Source of the DNA: Eledone cirrhosa
Taxonomy: Eukaryota
Length of the DNA: 64,000 nucleotides
Direction of reading: 5' to 3'
NCBI GenBank assembly: GCA_964016885.1
Contig: OZ024741.1
Coordinates: 178,312,001-178,376,000, forward strand
Shown: one piece after another, positions 14,845-29,148 of the stretch
Layout of the letters: every line of letters starts with the position of its first letter
Position numbering within the stretch: the stretch's first letter is position 1
The notes under the pieces: generated by a model
Databases searched by the model: none
Seen by the model: the letters and a program-made list of their open reading frames with translations, nothing else
What the model was told of the DNA's origin: nothing
Position numbers and translations under genes: made by a program

Positions 14845-15240
14845 GTAATTGAATATAGAATAGAGATAAACACAGATATAAACATACATGTGATAAAATT
14901 GTAAGGGACCAAGTTCGCCAGGTTGAAAAGAATACTAACTATTAACTATATGATTTGCCAGACTCAATTTAGAATAATAAATCAAGAAAAAGAAAAACAA
15001 ACCAATATATGGCAACTGCCGGAACACCTAGACAGCTTTGGTGGCTGTTTCGTAATTATTAGCGAAGGAAATTACCAATTATTTGCTCTTCAGTGGGTTT
15101 TAATTTGAACACATGTATGTTTATATCTGTGTTTAACTCTATTTTATATTCAATTATATTACACGGCTCAGAAAAGCCTCTTTCTTTGAGCTATTTAATT
15201 GTAAGAGACTGTTTTGAGTTTCTAACCCAATATATACCTT

Positions 15241-15243
<3 letters not shown>
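14845..15243 (-). mobile_element. Mini-PLE with HHR and inverted pLTR tail
   Basis: 14845-14892 is inverted at 15110-15157; tail 15205-15243 recurs at 43395-43434. Confidence 0.75.
15026..15098 (-). ncRNA. Type I hammerhead, GUC cleavage site
   Basis: Sense reads ACCCA CTGAAGA...GAAA CAGC caccaaa GCTG TC TAGGT. Confidence 0.75.
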
Positions 15244-15307
<64 letters not shown>

Positions 15308-15309
<2 letters not shown>

Positions 15310-15529
15310 AACATGTCAACTCACCCCGTGGGACGGGGAGATTTCCCACCCAATTTCCCGCCCAGTTTGAATGGGTAACACATGTCTTCTCTTGAAAATG
15401 GGTATAGTTTAAATATGGGTATAATTTTCATTAAATAAAAAATCTCCCCATTCTGCCTCATTTCCCCCGTTTTGGGGCACTTTTATTCATGGTACTCCCC
15501 GTTTGGCTTTTTAGCGGTTGGCAGGTCTG
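15308..15529. mobile_element. MITE-like DNA element inserted in (TA)n
   Basis: Imperfect terminal inverted repeats CAAACATGTCAAC / GTTGGCAGGTCTG. Confidence 0.55.
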
Positions 15530-15546
15530 TATATATATATATATAC

Positions 15547-15765
15547 AGGAACGATCGACTTTCGTCAAATCGGACCAAGGGAACAATGTTTCCGTTGGTC
15601 TTTCCAATTGCTAATACTATCTATCGGTCGCAACTCCAGGTAGAAGGAGAAACGTGAAATAAAGTGTTTTGCTCAAGGACATAACGCATCACCTGGTCCA
15701 GGAATCGAACTCACACCCTTACGATTGCGAATCCAATTCTCTAACCACTCAGCCACACGCCTTCA
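15547..15765 (-). mobile_element. Second tRNA-derived SINE family
   Basis: Sense TGGCTGAGTGGTTAGAG...GAGTTCGATTCC...TGTCCTTGAGCAAAACAC; decayed relatives near 13580, 14510 and 34070. Confidence 0.7.
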
Positions 15766-15842
15766 CTACATACATACAAACATACATACATACATACATA
15801 CATACATACATACATACATACATACATACATACATACATACA

Positions 15843-15874
<32 letters not shown>

Positions 15875-16195
15875 CTATAACCCTACTAACAAAAACCAAA
15901 GATCCCAGAACACAAGGCGGAACCTGATCCGCAGATCACAACCCACACAAAACCTATTCCAAAACCGTAGACCCCTGCCCACACAGAGCCTGTTCCAAAA
16001 CCGTAAATCCCAACCCACACAAAGGAACCAAATCTACAACCCGGACTATCAATAAACCGAACCTCAATACGTCCGAAACTTCTATACAAGACCACACAAC
16101 AACAGGGGAAATACCATTAGATATAATAATACCAATGAAAAAACATTCCAGAAAAATCATTTTTTAGACCAAGGCTACAGGACTCACGACACCCG

Positions 16196-18467
16196 GTGGC
16201 ACAAACCGATTTTGAAAAACCTAAAATAATTAACATTTCAAATACAAACCTCTCAGCCCAACAAGTAAAAATTCTCTCCAAAGGTCTGAAATTCACACCA
16301 ACACCACAATACCCTAACCCCAACGAGATAAATGACGATATCTCACACTTCTGTAGAAAATTACGTCTCACAGAGGAATTCTTTGACAAGGAGAATAACG
16401 ACGAATCAATTGTACGGAATAAAAGCAGCTACAACCCAACAAAAGGTAGAAACAGAGTTCTGGACAAATTTTGTGACCACATAGCTACCTTCCCATACCA
16501 TGAACTACCGCAACCTAAACCCAAACCCAACACAAGTCGAAGGGAATGGGAGATTATCCATGAACTAAAAAACAATACGGACATTATAATTAAGGAAGCG
16601 GACAAGGGAAGTACTGTTGTCATTATGGAGGCTGAAAAATATAAAAATTCTATGTTCTCTCTCTTACAAAATACTAATTACTATGAAAGAGTAAAAAACT
16701 ACCAGCAATCAAAAATAATGACCAAATTAAACACACTGATTTATCGATACCAGGAAGACCTAACTAAAAAGGAACGCGATTATTTAACAAATTTTGAATA
16801 CAAAACCAGCAACCTTTACGGAATTCCGAAGATGCACAAGTGTAAAATAATCAACGATGCCTGTAAACAATCCACCTCAGCCTGCGTGAACACACAATAC
16901 CTCCACAGACCTTAAATTAAGACCAATTGTAGGGGGCCCACAATGTGAAACACACAGATTGAGCAACTTTATAGACATACTACTGAAACCAATACTGAAA
17001 CACAGACCAAGCCTTGTAAGAGACGATCTGGACCTCTTAAACCACCTCCCCAAACATGTCAACAACGACACTATTATTGTGTATTTCGATGTAGTGAATC
17101 TCTACACAACGATCCCACACCAATACGGACTAGAAGCAATAGGATTCTGGCTAGAGAAATATCCCAATGAAAAACCTGACAGAATAGAAAAAAGCTTCAT
17201 CGCCGAGGGATTAAAATTCATCCTACAGAACAACTTTTTTGATTTCGATGGCAATACTTACAAGCAAATATCGGGGACTGCGATGGGTACAAAAGCCGCT
17301 CCAACTTATGCCAACTAAGTCATGGCATACTTAGAAGTCCAGATATATGAACAGTCCAAATCAAAATACGGATTGAACTTCCACAAATATTTATCAGAGA
17401 ATTGGAAACGCTACTTGGATGATTGCCTCATTCTTTGGTCACACACACTCGACCAACTGAAGGATTTCAAGAACTTAATAAACGGCATCAATAACCACAT
17501 CCAATTCACAATGGAATACAGCCAAGATCAACTCCCATTTCTGGACATCTTAATCTTAAGAAAAGACACAAATATCGAAACTGACATACACTACAAACCA
17601 ACAGATTCCAAACAATATCTGCTATTCACCTCCAACCATCCAAAGCACACGAAGACGAACATTCCTTTTAACCTAGCAAGAAGAATTTGCACAATTGTCT
17701 CCAATTATGAAACGCGAAATAAAAGACTTCAAGAATTAAAGGAAATTCTACTCGAGAGAGAGTACCCAATATTACTAATAAATAATGGAATAGAAAGGGC
17801 TAAAGCAATAGGCATTGATGAATTACGGAAACAGAAACAAATTCAAGGTACGTCCAATATTCTATCATATATCTCAACACACAACCCAAGAAATGCGGAA
17901 GCTTACAACACTATTCACAATAACATCCCACTACTAAAACAAAACCCAAGAATGAAAAAAGCCCTTGAAACACACAAAATAATCAAAAGCAAAAGACAAC
18001 CAAAATCACTGAAAACATTACTCACCAATGCCAAATTACCTACCACAAACCCACAACCAAGTATCAAAAAATGTGGTCGCTCTAATTGTGGAACCTGCAC
18101 TCACCTCATTGAAGGCAACACGTATACATTTAAATCAGGACAAAATTTTACTGGAAAAAATCACTTCACTTGCTCATCAAAAAATCTAATTTATGCCATT
18201 AAATGTAAAGGATGCAATGAAGATTATATAGGACAAACTAAACTCACACTCAGAAACAGAATGACAGTTCATCGCCAACAATTACGAGATCCAACCACGA
18301 GACAGATACCACTAAGTGCACATCTAGACATTTGCGCAAGTAATAGGACACCCAAATTCCAAGTCTTCCCATTTTACCTTTGCGCTAACAATACAACAGA
18401 ACAAATGCGAATAAATAAGGAAAATATGTTTATTCAAAAATATAGACCAACATTAAATAAGGTTTAA
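16196..18467 (+). pseudogene. PLE reverse transcriptase / GIY-YIG endonuclease (frameshift ~16895, TAA at 17316-17318)
   Basis: LSKGLKFTPTP, ADKG, FDVVNLYT, GTAMG, RYLDD, YKPTD, CGRSNCGTC, NLIYAIKC..C..DYIGQT. Confidence 0.93.
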
Positions 18468-19326
18468 TATACATTATGTCAACACCATAATATGACATAC
18501 ACACACACACATAACACCTTCTACTTTAGAAAATAAAAACCCGAACTAAATAAACTTTAACATACGTTTGCACTGACAATACAACAGCAAACACGAATAA
18601 GTAAGGAAAATATGTTCATTCAAAAATATTCCTACTAAAGGAATCACTTTCCTACACACACACATACACACACAATATATATATATATATATATTCTCTT
18701 CATCTTAACATGCTAACCATACTCCCACACACAACTCCCTCCCCCATCTCTACTAATAGAATCATCTTCCAATATACACATACACACAAACACACACACA
18801 CACATATACACACACACAAGCACACAAATAAACATACATATCTTCACTTCAATAGAAAATCTGAACTCTGACACCCCAGCGAACTAACCATATTCACTGA
18901 ACCAGAACAATTCTCCCAATCCCTTTTCTCTTGACCACTATCTTTCCATTATCATAACATTCACTATAAAGACTACAGAATAGTTTTCGAAATAAGGGCG
19001 CAAAAATGTAATGAAAACTTGTTCACGTGACAGCCAAATTTCATTTATAACCAACCAAAAAAAAGCCTTCGTGAGCCTCCTTTTTTCAAGTAAAAAGAAA
19101 TTCAAACACTCATATATGAAAAAAACAACCTGTGACAACCCCCCCCCTCTTATTTGAAGAACTATTGTAACGCGAACTGGCGCGAAATTTATTATAATTA
19201 TTGACAAACCAATCAAATTACTTCTCGAAAAACCTGGCACTTCGAGCCACTTTTTCCATATGAAACAAGTAACATTCAGAGACCAACCAGATGTGAGAAA
19301 AACCACAGAGCCTCCATCTCAACTCA

Positions 19327-19364
19327 CCTTTTGAAAAGCAGAAGAACTGCGAAACCGGTAAAGG
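19327..19364 (+). ncRNA. Minimal type I hammerhead, U3-A8 core variant
   Basis: CCTT TTGAAAA GCAG aagaa CTGC GAAA CCGG TA AAGG. Confidence 0.8.
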
Positions 19365-19495
19365 AACCAAATAAATATATATATTTTTTTTAAAAATAAG
19401 ACTCCGGTTGCATTTTCGATTTCATCTCTTCTTCTTTATACTTTCACTCGTGGAGGACACCTCGGTTATTTTTCATTTTGTAAAAAAAACCTCAC

Positions 19496-19647
<152 letters not shown>

Positions 19648-19676
19648 CAATAATCAAAGTTCAGTTTAAATCATTT

Positions 19677-19729
19677 AATTGCTTACAATTGTTTCCTCCA
19701 AACCGAGGTTTGGATTCTTCGGAGCAACT
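19677..19729 (-). ncRNA. Type I hammerhead, CCGAAGA core (second copy at 24365-24413)
   Basis: Sense AGTTGCT CCGAAGA a TCCAAACC tc GGTTTGGA g GAAA CAATTG TA AGCAATT. Confidence 0.75.
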
Positions 19730-20758
19730 ATTTAGTGATCTATAAGATACCTGACCTCCTTTTCAACACAAGAGACATATAAAACATATGCACATATTGA
19801 TCCACAGTGGGATGACATCCATCAAAATGATATAGCACGGCAATTTACATATAAAGGTTAAAGGATAAAAATAAAAATAAAAATGTAAATAAAAATGAAG
19901 CATTGGCAGTTTATGAAGATAAAGCAAGAGGAAAGTTTAGAGTAGTCAGTGTATGAAACAATCTCACGTGTCTTATGCGTGTCTTATTTATACAGGATTA
20001 GAGTGCGTCAGATTGTTATTTGCAGGGTCAGGCAGTTGAAGCAGGCAATCGATATTATTATGTGGGCTGAATTATTAAATCATTTTTTCGCATACACCTG
20101 TATGATATACAGTCCCGAGTGTAGAGAAACACCAAAATATCAAAAATTTCAAACATATTATAAAACATATTATATCGTAGGCAAAACAGTACCACTGTCT
20201 TCGCGCACACCACCACTCACATAATCCATGAGACGCAATATATAGACCACGGGTCTATCATATAATTCACGATGGTTCAGCATATAACCAAGTTATAAAC
20301 CGTATCTTGTCGATTCTTAATTAATAGATCATGTTGTTTAGTTTTGTGTGATGATATTATATTCCAGAAGTGTCTGTATCACCAAGGAGAATTAATGCGT
20401 AAGGGGAGGTAACTAGCTGGTTTTCTTAGTTAAATTTATTATCCTAAATTACATTAATGGTGTTTCAAATAAGTGCCTATCATATGATGTTATAACTAAT
20501 TTCTAGATTATGTTACTTATTTATAGGTTACAATGTTGTCTATTAAGAAGTACTAACGTGTATATATCAGGATGATTACCTTCTATTAAGGCGTGTCACA
20601 TTCTATAAGAAGAGTCAGACCCCAAATCAATGTTCTTTGTAAATGTAATTCCTCCCGCAGGACCTGGCATGGTCATATTATTATATATGACTCCCGGTAA
20701 GCTCTGGGTCATTGTATGTCTGAATCCTTGGTAAATCTGAATATCTCCAGGGTGGTCC

Positions 20759-21072
20759 GGAGATCAAATTTCTCATATAAAGACACCAGTCTGGCCATCA
20801 AGCAATAGATTAACTCCCATCTCATATATAAATTAAATTAGGTATCTTATCTACAAATTAGAGTGGAGTCTATTAATAGGTACTAAAGGAGTTCATATCA
20901 TGATGATTACAATCTGGAGATCAAATCTCTCATATAAAGACACCAGTCTGGCCATCAAGCAATACATAAACTCCCATCTCATATATAAATTAAATTAGGT
21001 ATCTTATCTACAAATTAGAGTGGAGTCTATTAATAAGTACTAAAGGAGTTCACATCATGATGATTACAATCT
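20759..21072. repeat. 157-bp tandem duplication within the Naiad 3' UTR
   Basis: GGAGATCAAAT...GATTACAATCT at 20759-20915 and 20916-21072; older diverged repeats surround it. Confidence 0.85.
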
Positions 21073-21656
21073 AATATGGAGTGCCACACCTGGACAATCT
21101 ATAAGAAGAGTCAGACTACAAAATTAATTATATGGGTCTCACTACTAATGATGGTCTTATTATCATACAAGACTCCCGGCAAGTTTCAGGTCATTGTATG
21201 ACTGCATCCCCGGTAAATTCACCAGGGTGGTCCGGGGGCCAGTTCTCTCATCAAAAGATACTAATCAGGTCATCAAGCAATACAGAAACTCCTAACTCAT
21301 GTATCACTTGTGCATAATTCATTGTACTGATCGTATAGAATATATAGTCACATAATAATAAGATTACCTACTTAATTATCAATCTATCTCATGGTGGCAT
21401 TCCATGCACAGGATTATGTTAGCACAACCAATACCGTGTCTACAGTTTATATTAATCATATATTTGTGCAATGTAGTTTAAGTAATCCACGGCCGAGATA
21501 TCAGAATTAGAAGTACATGGGGGTATCCCCAGGGTAGATGGTACTATAATGCTGCCAGTATTACCCTTAGAGTATATAAATGGGTGTGGAGATGAGGTGT
21601 AAAGTGTGCTACTGATGCTAATTGCTAGGGGTGGTGACGGTTCCAGTCTGACATTG

Positions 21657-24111
21657 TTATATATAGGTTTTAAAATTTTGGAAAGAGTGTCGGAAGCGGT
21701 GTTGGCAAGATGCGAACACTTCTGATTTTTTATTAAGGATATTATGGTTAGAGAAGATGATAGTATGGGTCTCTAGTAGACAGAGGTTACAACATTTATT
21801 AGGTGGTTTGTACGATGTTGCACTACCTACCACTTCCCATTTAAGTGTATATATTTTATTTTTAGTTTTTAGATAGTGTATGTAGCTAGATAGTGAAGTG
21901 GAGTTGGCCAGACTGTGTTTTTTGAAAGAGTAGAGGTGCGAATTGTATCTAGTTTTGAAGCAGCTAGAAGTAGAGCCTATATAGGTTTCAGAAGAGTTGT
22001 TAGTTGTGACTGTACATGAGTATATGATATCCTTGGTTAAGCATTTTTTATCTAAAGGGCAGGTTCTATTTGATCTACAGCTACAATTATTCTGGGTGCT
22101 AGTCTGCCGGTTACTATGCTGTGTAGAAGTTTGGATGTTAGCTATAGGGTTATGGTTATGTGGGTTGTCGTTCGCAGCGTTAATGTTTACACTAGTACTA
22201 ATACTATTATTTCCATTGATATTATGGTTAGTTGCTATAATGTTATTTTGAATGTTATTTTGAAGGTTTATCGTCTGTTGTGATTTAGTTTGTTGGAAGT
22301 AAGAATTAATTTTTCTTTTATTGCTACTAGCTATGTGGTATGCTAAGTTAGGCGTAGTAGAGTATGAGATTTTAATAGTGTTTTTGTTTAAAAGGCTATG
22401 GTACCTGTGGCCGGATGGGAAGTGTTTATCCAGTAGTGAGAAGAAAGCCCTAGGTAGGTTGGTAGAGAGGTTTAGATTGAAAGGAGGGTTGAAAAATGTA
22501 TCATTTCTTCTTCTATTTCTGTTTTTTATGTCTGGTGATTTGTTTCCTTTAATGCTACTATGGTAATTTCTGTGGTGTGGGTTACTTTTGTTGTTACCAT
22601 CTCTATTAGTGCGTGTGTGGTTGCTATTCCTATTATTAAATTTTCCCATGGACATGTTGTGTGAAATAATGTTGTAGCTATGCGTTTTTGTAGGTAGGAA
22701 CTCTATCCCTGTATTATGGCCTGATCTAGCTAATGCGAGTTATTGTTAAATGTGTTTATGTCATAGGATAGATTAGAGATTCTATTAGATACTCCCTTAG
22801 AGATAGAGTGTAATATAGATCTAGGGTGGTTAGACTTGGTATCTACGTAGATGAGTTTTTCATTAGGTTTGTGGAAAGGTGCATATATCATTGAGTCTAG
22901 GTAGAGTGTGGCGTCTATGAAGTTGACGTTTTGGGTGTTTTTGTCGATGGTAATACTAAGGTTATAGTTTTTGTATGTTTTGTGCAATAGTTTTCTAGTT
23001 CTTTCTATATTGATTTTTTTATAATCTATAAGTAGAAGTGCATCGTCGCGATACAAACCACCGCTGAGGTAAGGAGGTCCCTGTGGATTTGGTTAAGTAA
23101 ATATAGGCCGACTAAATCAGTGACCTGCGCCGAGTCACTAGACCCCATGGTAATGTCGAAGTTGTTTTGCGTATCTTTGTGGGTCCATAATTGGTCTTCA
23201 AAGGTGATTAGTGTTTTACGGGCCGCAAGAATGACATCAATCTGGGGTCTAGTCAGGTCACTATTGTCCATGGCCATTATAAGTGCCTTATTTAGTAGGA
23301 TAGGGGAAATAGATGTGTAGTAAGAATTGATATCAAATTGAATAAATTTGTTATCCTTGTTATCTTTGATATTTTTTAACCATTCAATCACTTCACCCGT
23401 ATTTCCCCATTGTTTAAGGTAAATCTTGTGTTTAATCTGTGGGATGATTTTATCTAGAATTTTTTACTGATAATGCCAATGTCAGACTTGGCGGGGCAGA
23501 TGAGTCTAATCGAGGGGTTGCTAAAGAAGTCCTCCTTATGGTCCTTCAGAGAGAATCTAGGGTGTTTTGGGGTATAAGGTTGTGTATGTCTCTGGAGCCC
23601 TAGTTTGGATACTATATTATAGCCTTCCATATTAATATCTTCTCAGTTTTTCATAGTGGTTTTCTTGTAGCTTTTATGTAGTTCATTATATATAAACTTT
23701 CTATATGTATTATAATCTAGGCTGTATATGATATTAGTTTTGTCGGCATGTACAAACATTTTACTACTAGTTTTGAAATCATTAATAGAGGTGCTAAGTT
23801 TGTTTAAGAAGGTGTTGTTTTTATTACGGTGTTTTTTGTATTTAATATTCTTAACTAGTTTTATTAGGTCGTTTTCGAAGTGGTTTAGTAGTGTGTTATG
23901 AGGGGGGCTTCTAAAGGTTTTAAAGCCGAAGGAGTCAAATTTGTTGGTATCATTATCCTCCTTTCTAGATGTGTTTATCATAATGGAATGTTCTCCATCT
24001 CACTCTATTGATAAAGGAGTTTACACTGTTGATCAATAACTTTTCATATGTATTTTTGGGTGGTATAGGTATGTTCTTGGTTGACATAGGGAGTTGGTCT
24101 TTGATCAGCAT
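21657..24111 (-). pseudogene. Naiad-type RT / GIY-YIG ORF with several frameshifts and stops
   Basis: N-terminal STKNIP, ADKT, LKDHK, FDINSYY, TMGSSDSAQ, YRDD, CSCRSNRTCPLDKKC, IIY...YIG, CNLC. Confidence 0.9.
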
Positions 24112-24601
24112 GCTGGTAATTTATTGTATATCAGCTCAACAATATGGAGCAGTTATTAGTGTTATGGATACTATTTATGGTTATGTATGTAATAAAACCT
24201 TTTATGGTTATATATTTTTTATACAAACCCTAAATAGTGAAAGATAGTCATCAATTACTCTCTTATTACCAGTAAGATAAATAGCTCAATGTAATAACAT
24301 CGGTTGTTTTACAGAGCAGTTATATAGAGATTACAATAATCAAAGTTCAGTTTAAATCATTTATTTGCTTACAATTGTTTCCTCCAAACCGACGTTTGGA
24401 TTCTTCGGAGCAACTATTTAGTGATCTATAACATACTTGACCTCCTTTTCAACACAAGAGACATATAAAACATATGCACATATTGATCCACAGTGGGATG
24501 ACATCCATCAAAATGATATAGCATGGCAATTTACATATAAAGGTTAAAGGACAAAAATAAAAATGTAAATAAAAATGAAGCATTGGCAGTTTATGAACGC
24601 G

Positions 24602-24658
<57 letters not shown>

Positions 24659-24899
24659 CTTTCTTTCTTTGATGATCTGCAGAGCTATGTTACGATATAT
24701 TTACATCTCGTTCACAGTTAGTATTACATTATAAGTGAATGTAAATGTCACTTATAATTTTAAATGTTTTGTATAATACAGGAATACTGAAAACTGGAAT
24801 AAATAGGAAGCAGCCAGAGATAAAATTGGCCACTAAATGTGAAGCTTACAAATGACAGCAATAAAGTAATGTAGATTATTTAATTACATTTTAAGGAAT

Positions 24900-26490
24900 A
24901 TAATTGTTTCTACTTTAGGTACAAGGCCAGCAATTACCCAGTGCATTACTGGTACTTTATTTTATCGACCCTGTAAGGATAAAAGGCAAAGTCAACCTCC
25001 GCGGGATTTGAACTCAGATCGTAAAGGGACGTAACTAAAATGTAATGAACACCGATTGCTAAACTTTAACTGTACTTGAAGGCTCACTCCGTACTGATTT
25101 CTTCCTGGAAAGGGGAGGAGGAGTTGTAGAAAGGAAGATAGAAGGAAATATAGAACGAAACGACCCCAGTGCCGCTACTTATTTTTATCGGCCTCGAAAA
25201 GATGAAAAACAAATTTAACCTAGGTGGGGTTTCACCTCAGAGCACAAAAAGCCCAAAGGAATGCAGCCAAGCATTCTGTCCCACTTTCTAACGAATCATC
25301 GGTTATCTGAAATGATTATACTTCAACATTATTACGGAGAAAAAGTAAACTATTCTCCAAGAAGAGATCAGTGAAAAAGGGAAATAGTATTACATGTAAA
25401 GTTTCAAAATTAGGTACGAGGCCGATAATTTTGTGATGGGGGGAGTCGATTTTAACGACACTAATGCGTAACTGGCATTGATAAGGGAAGGTGGCTTCGG
25501 CAGGATCTAAATTCAGAAAATAAAAAGCTGGAATAATCATTTAAATTTGTGAGAATGACAGAATTTTTTTATTTTTTCGATTATCTATCAAGACTAGTTC
25601 ATTATTTATTGACCCGGAAAGGATGTAAAATAATGGTGACCTCGATTAGAGCTTTGAAGTTAAAGATCCGGAATAATATTATAATTGTTTCTACTTTTGG
25701 CACAAGGCCAGCAATTGTCCCAATGCTTTACTGATGCTTTACCGATACTGACAATCGACGGTCTTATAATAAAATAATAATGGTTTCTTATATCGGCACA
25801 AGGTCAGCAATTTGGGGGGAGGGGGAAAGTCGATTAAATCAACTCCAGTGCATGACTGGTACTTTATTTTATCGACTCCGTAAGGCAAAGTTAACCTCGA
25901 CTGGATTTGAACTCAGATCATAAAGGGCCGTAACTCTTTGCTGCAAAGCATCACATTGGACCGATCCTGCCAATCAACCGCCCTATAATAAAATAATAAT
26001 AGTCTCTTATATGGGCACAAGGCCAGTAAATTACCCCAGTGCATCACTGGTGCTTTATTTTATCGTCTCCGTAAAGACGAATGGCAAAGTTAACTTCGGC
26101 GGGATTTGAACTCAGACCATAAGGGCCGGAAGTTTATGCTGAAAAGCATGGTGTCCGACTCTCTACCGATACTGCCAATCCACCTAAAATAATGGTTTCT
26201 TATATAGACACAAGGCCAGCAATTTGGGGAGAGGGGAAAGTCGATTAAATCCAACCCAGTGCATGACTGCTACATTATTTTATCGACCCCGTAAGGGTGA
26301 AAGGCAAAGTTAACCTCGGCGGGATTTGAACTCAGATCATAAATGGCCGTAACTATATGCTGCAAAGCATAGCGTATTACCCTCTACCAATACTGCCAAT
26401 CCACTGCCCTTAAATAACATTATAATTGTTTCTACTTTTCGCACAAGGCCAGCAATTATACCAGTACTTTTTATTATCGACTCCGTGGGG
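24900..26490 (-). mobile_element. Cluster of about eight co-oriented SINE copies or fragments
   Basis: Repeated GTTTCT..GGCACAAGGCCAGCAATT...GGATTTGAACTCAG units at ~24900, 25160, 25410, 25680, 25780, 26000, 26190, 26420. Confidence 0.85.
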
Positions 26491-27309
26491 AAAACTGTTA
26501 GCTCTCATTCTAAAGGAAAAATTAAAAGAAGTCAATCTGCCTTAAGGTCAACAGCATCCAGTATAAAGGAATAATAAAATCGGATGCGGTTCCCAAGCAA
26601 GACCATACTAGTTTTTAATGAACCTCTCAAACTAAACACCCACACTCGCCCGTGGATGCGTGGGTTGTGAATTAATTAATACATATATACATATGAATAT
26701 TCATAGTCTTATATCGGCGTGTAAACATATTTCTTTGATTTTGAGGTATTAGCAAGTAGGTACACATACAAACGTGCATATGTGCATGAAAATACATAAA
26801 TGAAAAACAAATCAATCGAGTTACAAATATTAGTATATGTATACATTCATCTTTCTGCCTCTCACTCTTTCTCTTTCTCTCTCTATTTCTCCGAACCCCC
26901 CCCCCTCTATATGTATGTATATATATATATCTATATATATATATATCTATATATATATATCTATATATATATATCTATATATACATATATATCTATATAA
27001 GGATTAAAATACTTCGTATTATAGAAATGACAGTAAAAGGTATTATAGAAGGCTTCTTTGTATTATTTTCATAATATATATCTATATATATATTTATATA
27101 TATATATGTATGTGTGTTTGTGTGTGTGTATGTTCTTCTGGTTTTATAATTTCACAAATTTTTTTCTTTTCTCAATAAAGAGAGAGTCGGTTTCTAACAT
27201 AGACTCAAGACTCTCTCATTGGAATGTACACATCATCAACTAGGTAGAATATGTATGCATGCATGTGTAGATATGTTATTGTACGTGTGGATGTGTACAT
27301 GTGTATATG

Positions 27310-28832
27310 CAGTTATTAGATGCAACATTTTTGGAATGTTTTACATATTTTTTACTGTTCCATTAATAGATTGTACTTGCAATTTCCTAACTAGTTGTGT
27401 TCTTTCTGTTCCTGTGAAGCCTATCTTCTCAAGATTTGTATTGAGGCAGTTACTAACATACCCAATGCCCCAATAATCACAGGTATAAATCTGAAGGTAT
27501 AATCAGAGTGGAGTATCTGCAGATTTCTCATCAGTTCTGCATAAACATTCTCTTTTTCGCTAATCTTTGATATTATATTTGCATCTGCTGGACAGCTAAA
27601 TTCCACTACTGTGCATGCCTTCTTTTCCCTGTCCCATATCATAATATCTGGTCTGTTATGCCTGCATTTTATTGGGGCTTTTACTGGAACGTTCCACAAG
27701 TACTCTTTCATATTATGTACATGGTTGTCTTCCACATAGCTGTAGTTTTTAATGGGTTTCTTATCGGGGCTATCTTGTTTACGAACTGCATTGTACAGTA
27801 TTTTGGCCACTACATCATGCCTCATAGGTAGATAGTACCAAGATGACATCTTTGGACAGCTGCTAATGACATGGGTGATATCCTCGATGTTAGTTCTGCT
27901 GAGTCTGCACTTGTTATCATATCTAGGTGTTTTGCCTGCATCCCTATCTCTTTTTTGAATCAGGTTTTTCGTGTTAATTTCCTGTTCTTGGATTGCAAAA
28001 GCGTATCTTTCAAAGTGGGAGCCAATATAGTGGTTGTTGGTCCAGGATAGACTACTTTACTTATCTATATTACTCTCACTCTGGTACTTCCTGGCGACAT
28101 ATCCATGCATGATTTTTTGCTGATAAGCATGCAGTTTTTCATCCATGGATTCACTGCGATACTGCTGAGAGACTTCCCTGGGTGTGAGTTTTTGATTATC
28201 ACACAGGGAATATTTCTCAAGGAGTTCCTTCCAAACTCTCATGATCTTATCTGTTTCATGCAGATAGACTTTTTTGAGAAACGGGCTCCTACGCTTCGAG
28301 TTTCGTAGATGTTGTCGGAGAGATATGATGCGACATTCAAATGTTGTCTGGACTGATGTTAGGCCACTCCCTCCCTTCTTACGTTTCAAGTAAAGGCGGT
28401 ATATGTCACTGTTGATGTGGAAGTTTCCGGTGTTGTTTAATATTTTTCGAGTTCCAACATCAACTGCTCGGATTTCGTCTATCGTCCAATTGAATATTCC
28501 AAACGTTGGTGTTAGGACAGGCACAGCAAACACATTGTGAGCCACTGTTTTGTTTGCGCAGAGAGTTGCGATGACCAGATCTTACTTAATCGGGTGTAGT
28601 ATTCCCTGGTTACGCGTTCTTTATTACAGATACCATTATAGGATATGTTCTCATCTACAGGTATCTGTAGCAGTCCTCATCAGATATTGGTGAAACAGTT
28701 AGGCCATTGATGACAATGTTGCTAGATTGGGTTGTTGTTTTGTCGCGCTTTACAGTCATTTATGAGCAATTATCTTGGCCAAACTCCATTCCTATATCCT
28801 TTGAGAACGTTGTAACCAGGTCAAGATTTTTC
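27310..28832 (-). mobile_element. 5'-truncated R4/Dong-like non-LTR retrotransposon (RT C-terminus, zinc knuckle, restriction-like endonuclease)
   Basis: HNVFAVPVLTPTFG, RLYLKRKKGG, AIQEQEI, MRHDVVAKILY, NRPDIMIWD...VEFSCP; flanked by (TGTA)n. Confidence 0.85.
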
Positions 28833-29056
28833 TTCTGTGTATGTATGTACGCATGTATGTATGTATGTTTGTATGTATGTATGCATATATATATATATAT
28901 ATAATGTGATAATGTGTATGGTAGATATACTCTCACACGAACACTCACACGCGTATCTCTCTCTCTATATATATATATATATACATATATACATATATAA
29001 ATATGCGTGCGTGTATATATTGTTATAGTTTAATTTTTGGTAGACATGTAAACACG

Positions 29057-29148
<92 letters not shown>

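Noticed and set aside
23643-23645. In-frame TGA in the Naiad ORF (some Naiads are selenoproteins)
   Set aside because: Not at an evident Cys-aligned motif; the ORF also has frameshifts and its zinc-motif cysteines are ordinary codons
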